From the NCBI GenBank assembly GCA_051453625.1, contig JBOZIK010000001.1, forward strand, positions 19,633,337 to 19,670,121: a stretch of DNA of 36,785 bases. Direction: 5' to 3'. This DNA is from Welwitschia mirabilis (lineage: Eukaryota). The position numbers were made by a program, and so were the translations under genes. Position 1 is the stretch's first letter, and each line of letters begins with the position of its first letter. The notes beneath the pieces were generated by a model. The model ran no database searches. It was not told the origin of the DNA and saw only the letters and a program-made list of their open reading frames with translations. This document shows, in pieces, positions 11,300-23,760 of the stretch.

Positions 11300-13950
11300 A
11301 GAATAAGTTTCCTAGGAATTTAAATAATTCTTAGTTTCTAAAAATTGTTTATAGAGATAATGAATAAAAGGATATTGTTTTATGGTAATAAAAAATAATG
11401 ACATGTGATATTGGGTCTTTGAATAAACATCTCATGCTTTAACAACCATTTTTTTAGTAGCATGTTTAGACTAATTTTAGATATGATAGGTAGTATGGAA
11501 TAATCATGCAATCCATCCATAATTACCACTTGAGTGAGGCTCTACATTTAGTAAAATTGCAATATAATTTTTCTTGATTTATAATCATATGCATTTTTAT
11601 ACAATCTAAAGAACAAAAAATAATTTATCTAAAGTTAATTTACTAAAAAAAACAATTATCTAATAATAATAAATCATTATAGATTCTAATAAAAACATTT
11701 TAATTAATGAAAGGACAAAATAAGTCTATTAAGGTGTTAAAGAGTACAATCAAGTCCTATTCAAAATTTTCACCAAGTATTAAAAATCCTTTAAAAGAAG
11801 ACTAATATTTCTAAAGATAATAAATAATGAGAAACTACTCTTTAATGAAGATTAGATGTTATTTTTTTAAGAAATGCATACAAAAAGAAGAGCTTTAAAT
11901 CTTATTAAAGAAATTTTCAATCATACTAAAATCTCCATTAAGAATCTAAGGCACATTTAAAAAAGAGTATCTTAAGTCTATTACAAGGTATCTCTTTTAA
12001 AAGCTTTATTCGAAGAATAAGTGAAGTAGATTTTAAAAACTTCATAAGGGTGAGAAAGAAGCATGTAGCTACATTCATTCTAATAATCATGCTTATTTTG
12101 AGCTACTTTTGTATCAAATGTAATAGTATTTTTAATAAATAAATTTCAAAAAATATTATATCTTCTTTAAATATTTTAAATTCTTATAATAATATAAAAT
12201 CATAAAATGGAAAACATTGTTCAATAAGATCTTCAATTCTTTTATAAAGGCTATCTATAAGCCCTCTAAAATTTTAATAATATATAACCATAAAGACATG
12301 TAAGATGTAGTCTTTGCCCTATTAGATAGATTAATGATTAAATTGTAATTAAGGTTCATATGATTCTTGTAGTTTTCTATTAAAATTTAGATTTGATTTA
12401 AAAGTTTCAATATTGTTATTTAAGGTTTCTATTACAAGAGAAGTGATTTTTTTAAAAAAACTTATTTTTACTTAAATGTCCATTAGGATTGAGTCATGTA
12501 TATGTTTCCATTATTTTAAAGTCTCTTACACTTGATTGCTTATTATTTTTTAGAGTGATACCTAAAATAGAAGTATATGCATTTCTAGAACTAGAGAAAC
12601 ATTTTTCTTCCCTAATTAAAGAATATTAAATAGTTTTATTTTTTGATGTTATATGATTTTTATGATCAAATGAATTATTTTAACCAAGAGAAACTATAGA
12701 TTAAAATGATTTTGAGATTTGTTTTTGTAAAGTGTATGAGTAAAATTTTTAAATTATAAAAGAGGATAATGGTTAATTAAATGGCCTTTTTCATGGTAAT
12801 ATTTGTAGGAATTTAAAAGATTAAAATAAATAACCTATTACTAATGGGTAATAAAACTATCTTTAAGGATTAGACTTTCATTTTTAGTCATTTAATTTAT
12901 ATCTATATCAATGAAATACTTAATATTATTTTCAAGATAAAAGGAAAAGTATTGAACATCAATAAGAAATCCTTGGAGATTACAATCTTAGACTCAAATT
13001 TCTTAAAAAAAAAAAAAAGAAAAATCTAGTAGTATTATAAAATAAGAAAGATAATAACATTTCAAACCATTACTATTAAAAATTGATTTCCATTGTTAAA
13101 CTACTAAGAGAACATAATGATAAACAAAAATATGCAATAAAATAGCTTGATCTGTCATATAGGTTTTATTAAACTCAACTAGTAATAAAATCTAAACAAA
13201 ATATTCTACATTTGAGGCTGTGGTATTATAAGATAATAAAAAAAATTGATATACTACAAAAAAGATATTAATCTTAGGAGAAAACCCAATATTGTAAGAA
13301 ATTGTATCTTAAGGAAAGATGAACGACATGTTTCTCAAATAGATTACTAGATAAACTAAATTCAAAAACCATACCTACTATTCTACCTTTAAAGTAACAT
13401 GTTGAACATTCTTAGAAATTATATTGAATAGTATTTGTAGTAGTTGATTTACCATTACAAAAAAAATAGATTACTATTAAGTTTAAAGCCCTTAAATATT
13501 ATGTGTTTATAGATATAAAAGATCCTCTCTAATTTACATTATTAACTCTTTACTCCTTATAGGATAATAAAAGATCTAGATCTGATTCCATCTAATATTA
13601 ATCCACTGAATCTACTATCTTATTTATATTCTATTATTCTTCCATCATTTTCTTTAATTGTAAAATTATTTCAAAATGTTTTCAACTATTATACTGATAT
13701 TTTATTATTGTAATATCACTATTTCACTTATTCCTCATATTTTTCATAGTTTATTTTCACTTGATCTATCATTAAATAAGAATGAGGATCTTAGAGGTTT
13801 GAAACAACTTCATTTCATGTTCTTCGATTAGCTTATAGGGAATTTAGATTAAGAATTAATCTTTAAGAATTTAGATTATCTAATATTATTATGATTTTAT
13901 TTTTTCCATGCCTTGTATCATTGTAAAAAGTACGAGTTTTAGATATCATC
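11300..13950 (+). mobile_element. Very decayed LINE ORF2 remnant (tentative)
   Basis: Faint collinear motif shadows: KLD..KAYD-like near 12340, RG...CPL near 12430-12485, LFADD-like near 12635, GGLGI-like near 13215. No ORFs remain. Confidence 0.35.
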
Positions 13951-15076
13951 CTAGGATACAAATCTTTGCAAAGCCAAACCAAACTTTTACTAATATTTCT
14001 AAGACTCCTATTTGAAGTATATCTCTAGTATTATTTTTTAAAAGGATAATATAAAGGAATGAAAACAATAAATATTGTAGAAAATCAATTCTGTAACCAT
14101 TATTAAGAGATTAAGTATTACAAGAGAATAAAAGAGAAAGAGTATTATAAACCAATGAATTGAGATAAAAATGAGGAATAGCCCTTAACATCTAGCATAA
14201 CCATAATAATATTAATAAAAATCTTAATGAACATATTATTTTTCTAAATAATTTCAAAGGAACCATGTTAAGCACCCATTAAAGCTCAAGCATGGTGACA
14301 TAACCATATTTATCATATGAGTGTTGGTGAAGAGTCTAAGTTATCTTAGCTTTTATAACTCATTTAATAAGCATGAAGAGAATAATATTATTATAAAAAA
14401 CATCAAATGACATCAATTATGGACCAAGACTAGCACATAGAGAATTACTCACTTATATAAATAAAAGATTATCATATTTCAATCTACATCAAGTATTTCA
14501 AGTATGAAAAACATGTAAACTTGTAGGTTGAATAAATTATAGCCTTTAGTAATAGAATAAAGTCAACATACAATAAATATTCAAGCCAATGCTTGAAACG
14601 TCATGTTAGTCTTAAGGGATAGCTCATCTCTCAAGAAACCCTTAAAAAGAAGACATGCTAAATGTTCTCCTCAAGAATTTAAAAATCATCCAAAAGTTTA
14701 GTAGCCCTAAAAGTGAGGTCAAGGAACATTTTATACATTAAAAATTAGGGTTAGGATTAGGGATATAGAAAGTTACATAATTTTAAAGAACTTCTGATTA
14801 GTTCACTAATAGCCCAAACAATATTGAAATTTGTCATAGAGCCTAAAACATAAGAATAAGAATAAAAAACCTTAGATAACTAATACCATTATTAGGTTCA
14901 ACTAGTGCTACTATATTTCTAGTGAATGAGCCTATCAGATTTGGCTTTTGCTCCTTTAGCCTATTGTAAATTTAGAAAATCAAATAGGAAAATTAAAATA
15001 TTAATATTCTTTAAATTTAAAAGCATAGATCAAGACAAATGCATAAAATCATAAAAAAGTTAAACTTGGCTATGCT

Positions 15077-15875
15077 AAATTGGCCTTAATTATTTGAGAT
15101 AAATATCAATTTTTATATATTACCACATCTTCTAACCAGCCTTTTTCTAGTCTATGAGAAAAAATGTATGAAAATTTCATAGCATGAAAAAGGTACAAGT
15201 TGATAGCATTCAAGTGTTAAGAAAATGTAATGGAAAAAATAAGAAAAGTGTTTAACTAATTTTAAGGATTATTTCACTTGAATAAGATTTATAAAATATG
15301 AAAAGACAAAAAATTCTAAGTGAGATTTCTACTCTTCTGACCAAATCAAATTTAGTCCTCAAAGTTTTAATAATGTATAAAATGAAACACATATGAGTCC
15401 CAAAATTGGGAAAAAAACTTAAGAATNNNNNNNNNNNNNNNNNNNNNNNNNNNNNNNNNNNNNNNNNNNNNNNNNNNNNNNNNNNNNNNNNNNNNNNNNN
15501 NNNNNNNNNNNNNNNNNNNNNNNNNNATATTGGCCTTAAATTATTTTAGATAAATATCACTTTTTATATATTACCACATCTCCTAACCAGCCTTTTTCTA
15601 GTCTCTTAGGAACAATGTATGAAATTTTATAACATGTAAAAGGCACGAGTTAAAAGCATTCAAGTGTTAAGCAAATGTAATGGAAAAAATAAGAAAAGTG
15701 TTTGACCAATTTTAAGGATGATTTCACTTGAATAAAATTTATAAAATATGAAAATACAAAAAATTCTAAGTGAGATTTCTACTGTTCTGACCAAATCAAA
15801 CTTAGTCCTCAAAGTTTTAATAACGTAAAAAATGAAACACATATGAGAATCAAATTGGGAAAAAAACTTAAGAAT
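15077..15875. repeat. Diverged direct duplication of about 350 bp (15077-15426 and 15527-15875) flanking gap 15427-15526
   Basis: Collinear copies differing by scattered substitutions, many of them transitions (aggtacaagt/aggcacgagt, taatgta/taacgta). Confidence 0.9.
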
Positions 15876-16779
15876 CAAATGGTAATATAGAGAAAGATCA
15901 TTTTATTAGAGCTAGAAAATCATTACATCAAATGAGAGTGCATGAAATATGAAACAAAAAGTGCAAAATAGTACAAACCACTTCTAAATATAAATGGAAG
16001 GAGAATACAAACTAAAGTAAAAGAGATATGCTAATTGATGAAGCATCTATGGGAGATGATCCATTCAAGCTTCTTATTAAGTTCATTCTAATTTTTAGAT
16101 ATGGCATTTTACTTCTTAGAAATATTTTTCATCTTGTTCGAAAGCTCTCTTATCCATGTTTTTAAGATCATGGCACATGCTTTGTTTCACGTAAGGTGGA
16201 AAAGAATGTTAAGGAAGACAGGTAGAAGGAGGAGAAGAATGAGAGGAGAAGTAGGTACATAATATGATTTTATAATAGGATCCTTATCCTTTTTCCAAGT
16301 AATAGGAGAAGAATAAGNNNNNNNNNNNNNNNNNNNNNNNNNNNNNNNNNNNNNNNNNNNNNNNNNNNNNNNNNNNNNNNNNNNNNNNNNNNNNNNNNNN
16401 NNNNNNNNNNNNNNNNNAAGTAATAGGAGAAGAATAAGAAAAAGAAGGGGATTTATAATGAAGTTAAGAATGTGCTTCTTGTTATTTTGCTTAAGGTTTC
16501 ACTTAATTGTTATATAGGTTCTATCCCAATTATCAAATTCAAGGGTTTTAGATAAGGCATTGTAAAGGAAAAAAAACATGAGACACAAGAGAGGTAAGCT
16601 ACTTTTATGACTTACATGATTGAGTATAGTTTTAGAAATGCATTTGGGCATGTTAAAAGGTTTGCTCTCTTGGATAATACTAATCATGTTCAAATCACTA
16701 CTATATGCATCCATTACATGAGAGGTAAGCAAAATATTATGATGGACAAATCTAAAGAGGGCTGATTGGTATTTGTAAA

Positions 16780-18100
16780 AATATTTATAAAGTAAAACAC
16801 CTTTTGTATTAGAATAATATTCAACATTTAAGACTCCATAATAATAATTAAGGATTTATTAAGAAAAAATGTAACTTATCATTATGGGTTACTCCAAAAA
16901 TACTTTTTAAATTCCTTAACATAACAAAAAAAGAAGTGCTACAAATAGAAGAATGAATTAATCAAGGATCCTTCTCATCTAAAGTTTCATTTCTATAGAA
17001 TTTAAGTACCTTCTTGTAAAAATAATAAGTTCTTTCTTCCTTTAAAAGGTAATGCTAATGATAAGACTCAATTTTTACCACATAATAGGGTGCATAAAGA
17101 GAAAGAAAAGAGTAGAAAATGGCATCTTCAATGAAGGATTACTATATTCCAATCATGATATCTTACAATTACAACAATGAAGAATAGGAAATTAGAAATA
17201 CTATAATAGAAGAGAAATAGATGAGGAAGATATAATTAGTAATAAAAAATCAAAGCAAAAGGTCAGTAAACATGAAAGTTAATTTTTATAAGCAAACTTT
17301 TCTTACCAATAAGCCAAAACGATGGATGGTAGAAATTAAAAGAGGTGTATGATATGACAATGGTTGACAATGCTAGTGGACTTAGGCAGTGGTGCAAGTT
17401 CTCTTGTATGGATAGATACCAGCTCATAAAAATGGGAAATGTTAGTTGCAGAGATCACAAAAAAACTAATGATGAAGTGTGTTGGATACTTTAAAATTGG
17501 GTTTATATATAAACATTATGAAACATTAATCATTAGATCTTTGGGTTTCATTGACTATGGATATTAGTTCAGCTTGGATTGAGTCTTGAATAAAGAGGTC
17601 ATATCATAAGAAACACAAGTATGCTTTCTCATAAAGGAAAATATGAGGTTTTATAACATGGAATGTAAATAAAAAATGGTAAATGTAGTAAATAATAACG
17701 AGAATGATGAAATCATGCATCTTGTGAATAAAAAAGATTAATGAAATCTATATAATTACTTATTTTTTATATTATTACTTAATTTGATGGATCTATTGCT
17801 AAAATAAAGTAGTGTATTCATAAGTTAATTTAAAATGTTTAAGAATAGTAAAAAGAATTTCAAGTTTTAATTTGTTATAGAAAGCATGATAAAAGATATC
17901 CCAAATCCCACACTAATTTCATTTGTTTTTATTATAATTTTATGAATGACTACTCTAAGAATTTGATCATATTGATCATTTAGTATTTTGGAACTTTCTT
18001 CTAATAGATTTAACATGTTATTCATGATAACTTCAGTGCTTCATTACCAACAAGCATCTATAGCTTTGATATAGTTGAATGTGTTATAACTAAATCATTA
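16780..18100 (+). mobile_element. Very decayed Ty1/Copia pol remnant (tentative)
   Basis: Faint motif shadows in Copia order: I.H..TP near 16815, K...IF..Y near 17100-17145, W..(A)M near 17325, G..D...A near 17545. Confidence 0.3.
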
Positions 18101-18539
18101 GAGTTGTATTTCTAGTACGTGTCTATATCCCTAATGTAGGGAAATAAATCTAAAAATAATGATTTAAAAATAAAGTGATTAAAATTTAAAAAAAATTGTA
18201 AGAATTATTTTACAAGCATAAGAGTATCATTGTTTCATTAGCCTAATAGATAAATAATCTCAATCATTTGAAATTCTTAAAGTAAAGTGATAACCTAAAA
18301 GTAAAAGAACCACATTTTTCCTTAGGATTTTCCATATTGAAGAGCTCAAATGACTACAAACATTAATAAAGAACTTGAAAATAAAGATAACTTTCTCTTA
18401 AAGAGTAAGAAATTATAGGATCTCCACTAAAACTTTAAAAATACAATGATTAATTTATTATTAAATTTTTGAAAGAGACCATTAACAAGGAGTATTGAGT
18501 CTAATGAGCTCATAATAGAATGGAAGAGGTGGATGACAT

Positions 18540-21100
18540 GGTTTTAGGTAATGAAGCAATGAACATTAATTTTTAATTGGTGATAATTTTTTTTTTAATT
18601 TTCTATGTGGAAGACTCCATTTGGTAGCACTTATTTTATCATGTATGGCTCTCACCATTAAAAAATTAAATTTTTAAGAAATAAGTGTAATATTTTATTA
18701 TATAATAAAAAGAAATCTCCTTCCTAAAAGGTTTTCCTAAGGGTGTATTAATCATGGAACTTTTTCATTTTCTCTTTGTTGATTATCATATTTTCACATG
18801 CATTATTTTCAAGCTTATGTAATTCATTAACTTGAATTGTTATCTACTTTGCTATCAGATTAAGGTTTAGATTCATGTGTTTGATGGCCTAATAAACCTT
18901 TTGTTCAAATTTTATAAGAAGATAATAAGCTTTACCATAAACTAGCCTAAAGTTAACATTCCTAGTAAGGTTTTATATGTAGTTTTATAAGCCCACAAAA
19001 TGTCATTCAGCTTGTAATATCAATCTCTTCTAGTTGAACTTTCTAATTTTTGTAAAATGTTCTTGATTTTCTTATTTTTAACCTTAACTTATCCACTAGT
19101 TTGGAAATGCTAACGAGTGGTAACTTTGTGAGTAATCCCTTATTTAGCAGGAATCTTGTTGAAGATCACATTGTAAAAATGAAATACATCATTACTAATT
19201 AGGACTTTTAGAAAATCAAATCTAGCTAAAATATGCCTCTTAAATAATTTTGCTATTATTTAGGAATTATCAGTATTACATACACAAGATTCTACTCATT
19301 TGATGACATAGTTATCAGAAACTACAATGTATTGGTATTTATTGAAAGGAGGATAAGAACGTTAGAAATAAAATTCTTATACATTAAATGATTCAATGAT
19401 AAGAATGAAATTAGTAGCATCATATGTCTACTAATAGGAATTCCAAGTTTCTCATAATTCTCACAAGATTAACAATAAATATAAGAATCTTTAAAAAAGA
19501 ATGGATACTAGAGTCCACATTGAAAAATTGTGGTGGAAATTTTGCTAGTAAAACAATGACCACCACAAGCCTTAGAATGACAAAGCTTAAGACTGTCATC
19601 AATTGCACATTGTAAAATACATTATTAAATGGTTTGATTAGGACAATATTGAAAAGATAAGGATCATCCTAGAAGAAGTACTTGACTTAGGAATTTATTG
19701 CTATCATTACAAGTCTAATGCCAAAGGATACATTTGAAGACTAATTAATTAGCAATGTAGCATATTATGTAGTTTATGAGATGAAAAACATATGTTCACT
19801 AGTGAAAGAGTCATTAATAGGATCTAAATCATATAAAATGTTTTAAGGGGTAATCCTTGAAAGATGGTAAAAAACTACATTGTCAAAATCCTTTTTGTTT
19901 TTTATTTCCAAATTAAAATTCTTACAAGAGTAGAACCCATCTAATCAACCTAAACTTAGAAAATTTATTAGAAAAAGTATATCTAAGGGCTGAATAATTG
20001 GTGTGAACTATAACCTTAAAACCAAAAATATATTGGCTAAATTTCTATAAATTCAAAATTACTTAAATAAGNNNNNNNNNNTATAGTTAAGTTAGTTTTT
20101 ATTTAATGTTTAACCAATATAATAAATCAGAATAGGTTTTTTCTCAACTCTTTAATCTAATATTACACCCATGAAACAATCACTAGTAGTACATATGATT
20201 TCAATAAGCAGTTTATAATCATGTGATTAAATGATTAGTGTTGTACTAAGCTTTTCTTAAAGCCTATTAAAGGCTCATTAAGAATTGGATGTTCAATTGA
20301 AAGAAGCAATTTTACTAAGGTTACAAAGAGGTTTGGAGATTTTGATAAAGTTGTGAATGAACCTACTATAGTATCTTGCAAGNNNNNNNNNNNNNNNNNN
20401 NNNNNNNNNNNNNNNNNNNNNNNNNNNNNNNNNNNNNNNNNNNNNNNNNNNNNNNNNNNNNNNNNNNNNNNNNNNNNNNNNNAATAAGTTTCCTTTTAGT
20501 GATAATATAGTAAAGTTAGTTTTTATTTAATGTTTAACCAGAGTTTTTATTTAATGTTTAAGCAGTATAATAAATCAGTATAGGTTTTTTCTCAACTCTT
20601 TGATCTAATATTACATCCATGAAACAATCACTAGCAGTACACATGATTTCAATAGCAGTCTATAATCATGTGATTAAATGATTGATGTTGTACTAAGATT
20701 TTCTTAAAGCCTATCAAAGGCTCATTAAGAATTGGATGTCCAATTGAAAGAAGCGATTTTACTAAGGTTATAAAGAGGTTTGGAGATTTTGATAAAGTTG
20801 TGAATGAACCTACTATAGTATCTTGCAAGTTCAAGAAAAGGTTAAATGTCTTTTAATTTTTAAGAAATAGGAAAATGGATAACCAGTGAGACTTTAATAG
20901 GATCCATTCGAAAATATTCTTAAGAAATGATATGTCCTAAAATTATTTCTTTGTTAATCATGATATGGAATTACTTCCAATTTAGAATAAGGCACCTTTT
21001 AATGCATCTCAATAGAACAATTTCAAGGTTATAAAGACAACGATTGAAAGATGTCTCATAAATGGAAAAATCATTCATAAAGATCTATTTACATTTCTTG
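18540..21100 (-). mobile_element. Ty3/Gypsy (Athila-like) pol remnant: C-terminal RT, RNase H, integrase
   Basis: RT: IFMNDFSIYETSFNRCLYNLEIVLLRC (about 21000-21085). RNase H: VHTNYSAL...FNLEIKNKK. Integrase zinc finger: CHSKACGGH..FQCGL*YPFFFKD. Integrase core: ILARF..VLISN..GITHKVTT..HFQTSG..LNDILWAY. C-terminus: LLYN..LHLF..W.(G)PY. The RT-RH-IN order is Gypsy. Confidence 0.88.
20082..20829. repeat. Diverged direct duplication of about 300 bp (20082-20382 and 20506-20829) flanking gap 20383-20482
   Basis: About 14 differences over about 260 aligned nt by hand count, mostly transitions; the right copy has an extra internal repeat of about 22 nt. Confidence 0.9.
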
Positions 21101-21104
21101 TCCT

Positions 21105-21816
21105 CCTTGGTATCGATAATTTATTCTTCCTTTACTTCTTTTATTTATTCCTCCTCTAGCATGCTTATTTCTAGCTAATAATGCATTATCATTTGAGCTA
21201 TCACATATTTTCAAGTCCTTCAATGTCTTCAATTGAGCAACTAACTCATACATAGCTTAGATATTGAGATCTATGATTTGATGAATGATGATCATGCATT
21301 ACCTATATCTATGGTTATTATAGAATACTTGAATCAACTTATCAATCTTTTGCCTCACACTCAATCCATAAAAATATTCAAAATTTAGTAAAGTTGCATA
21401 CATTCTATCAAGAAAATAATTAAGTGATTTACCTCTTTCAATATGAAGATCATCAAATTCCTTTCTATAATGCATTTATTTTTTTTTTTCTATTTTGAAC
21501 TATGCCTTTGAATTCTAATTGAAGTTGATCCCAACACTCCTTTGAAGTTCCTTGGATAATGACTCTTACTCCAATCACTTCTAATACTGAATTGCATATT
21601 ATCATTTTTAATAATGCATTTGACTTTGGTTGAAGTCATATTTCCTCTTCTGTTCTCTATTCAGTAATTTAAATTTGGAGGAGAGAAAAATCCATTTTCT
21701 ACCACATTCCAACATTCATTAATTTTTAATAAGGACTTCATCAAGTGTAAATAATATAAAAAAAATCTTAAGATCCATTAAAAATTATAGAGCATTGGAG
21801 AATTTCCTTAGCCATG
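21105..21816 (-). mobile_element. Ty1/Copia-type gag remnant
   Basis: Starts at ATG 21816 (MAKEI..IFNGS), then KECWDQLQLEFKG...RKEFDDLHIERGKSLNYFLDRM and IIDLNI*AMYELVAQLK, matching the Copia gag pattern AKE.WD.L..EF.G / R.EFE.L.M..GESI..YF.R / DL..L..EL...L. Confidence 0.65.
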
Positions 21817-21902
21817 ACTTTAAAACTAAATTTAACTAAACTTGCTTTTACTAAAGAAATATAAGTAAAGCTAGATTCTAAAGTTATCTATCAATCTTTT
21901 GT

Positions 21903-21914
21903 TATGTGATACCA
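21903..21914 (-). promoter_or_regulatory. Possible tRNA-iMet primer-binding site of the Copia element
   Basis: Minus strand reads AAG-TGGTATCA-CATA against the canonical TGGTATCAGAGC, about 90 nt upstream of the gag ATG. Confidence 0.5.
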
Positions 21915-21959
21915 CTTTATTAGTAGAAGCTTAATGAACCTTTATGTTTTTCTTGTTTG

Positions 21960-22230
21960 AACTAAAAACATCTTTAAAGGCTCAAGATGTCTCTAATATG
22001 CATAGGCATCTTTGATGTGCTAGTCGTCTTTACTGAATTTAGTTTGTTGAAAGAAGACATCTTTGATGTCTTGGAGATGTCCTTGAGGACTATAAATGTC
22101 TTTGGTGTTGAAGACATCTATCCCAAAGCTTGATGTGTCTATATTTAAGCTTGAAAGACATCTATGATTTGTAAAAGACATCTATTTCAAGGATTAAAGA
22201 CATCTATGATATAAAAGATGTCTATCCTAA
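21960..22230. repeat. Array of short motifs (A)AGACATCT / AGATGTCT, probably decayed AGACGTCT
   Basis: About a dozen copies spaced roughly 10-35 nt apart; the two variants are the two CpG-deamination products of the palindrome GACGTC. Confidence 0.7.
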
Positions 22231-23712
22231 AAGTTCTGTGGAAATAGTATTCAAATAGTTCGCAAAATAGTTTCTAATGTGGAAATTTGATAAATAATTC
22301 TTCTATCAATTCATGTAGATGATTGTAAACACTTCAAAGATGCATTTAAGTACTAAAAATCATCATTCTTTTGAGATCTTTTAACAATTGAGGAATATTT
22401 CTCTCTCTTTAATAAAATTTCACAATAATTCTTCAAATGTAAAAATCCTTTCCTTGAAGCTTTAAAGATTGTTAATCTCTAATCAAGTTCCTCAAATATA
22501 ACTCAAATTATGTCCTATTCATTGAAAAAGCTTCCAGTGCATTATCTTTTATAAAAATGAGTGTATTTGATGATCAAAGAAATCTAAAATTGAAGAATGA
22601 ATCATGATCAAGCTTACAACCTTAAAGATATTGAAGAATCTATAGTGAAGTAAGCATGAGTCTCTTAATCAAAATTGAGGCACAAGTGAAGCAACAAAAA
22701 ATTGAGTCTTCGATCCAATAGTATTTCATTCATCTTTTCCAAGAGGTATCAGTCCTTTTTTCACCCATGCATGTACAACCTTTTATAATTGGAGTGGATA
22801 GCATTCCATTCCACCTAATCAATGTGGGATGACTCTCTTTGCTTTTTCTTAAAACATGTTTTCCTATAACCTATGTTGGCATTATACAAGAATAAAACCT
22901 ATTTAACTAATTGAAACAAAGGCACACATTAATCAAAACAACAAATACAAAGCAATGATGGTCACATTAGACCACATATTATGACATTTAACTCAAAAAT
23001 TTCTATTAACTCTAGAGAGAACTAAGGATTTCTATTGAGTTTAACCATAATTCTTAACATGTAAGTCATGAAAATCATCATGCCCTTCACAAATAGTGGT
23101 ATACAAAGATCTTGTGATTATGAAAAATGTCTAATGGTTCTTGAATTAAGAAATAAATTAAGATAATAAATTTGACATGATCACATCTTCATTATCAAGA
23201 TGACATTATATAGTTTCCATCGACCATTACCTAACATTATAAAATATGCAACTTATTAGTCTTTAATGTTAGTTATCTACCATCTTGCGCTTCAAGGATA
23301 ATATTTTGCTTCTCATTCTTTTCTTCTTCCATGTGTTTTGTTTTCTCAATGGAATGAATACATTAAACATGATGCAACTCCCAAGATATAACACATTAGT
23401 GACCCACCAACACTCTAATATTAAACATGCATTTTATTCTCCTTTGAAATGTTTGACTTGAAAACACTAGTTCTTTCCTCTTTTAATGTAGTAATCTAAG
23501 TAATCTTGTTTGTTTGATTTTTGGGCTAATACCCAAGTTGTACAACTTTAAACACTAAATAATGAAGTCCTTTTAAATATTCTAAAAGTGATTATGAGCA
23601 AGATCATCGGTCATAATTAAAGACAACGTATTTCTCACAGCACAAAGAAACACATTCATTTGTTTTAGAGACTTCTTTGACTCCAATTTGTTGTGATGAC
23701 CAAGACATATTC

Positions 23713-23760
23713 TCAGTAGACTGGAAGTGGCCCCCCTGCCAACAAAATGTTGTGCTCCAT
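23713..23760 (-). CDS. AHP: AHP exon 6
   Basis: atgcag|ATG; MEHNILLAGGPLPVY then TGA; matches the LEQQI.AAGG.IP-type AHP C-terminus. Confidence 0.9.
   Translation of the reverse strand: MEHNILLAGGPLPVY

Noticed and set aside
15660-20834. ORFs 15660-15878, 16499-16732, 19420-19608, 19424-19615 and 20649-20834 as genes
   Set aside because: Chance frames or fragments within LTR-retrotransposon debris; 20649-20834 overlaps the Gypsy RT-RNase H linker.
21960-22230. CRISPR-like repeat-spacer array
   Set aside because: Repeats are only 6-10 nt with irregular spacing, the context is eukaryotic TE sequence, and there are no cas genes.
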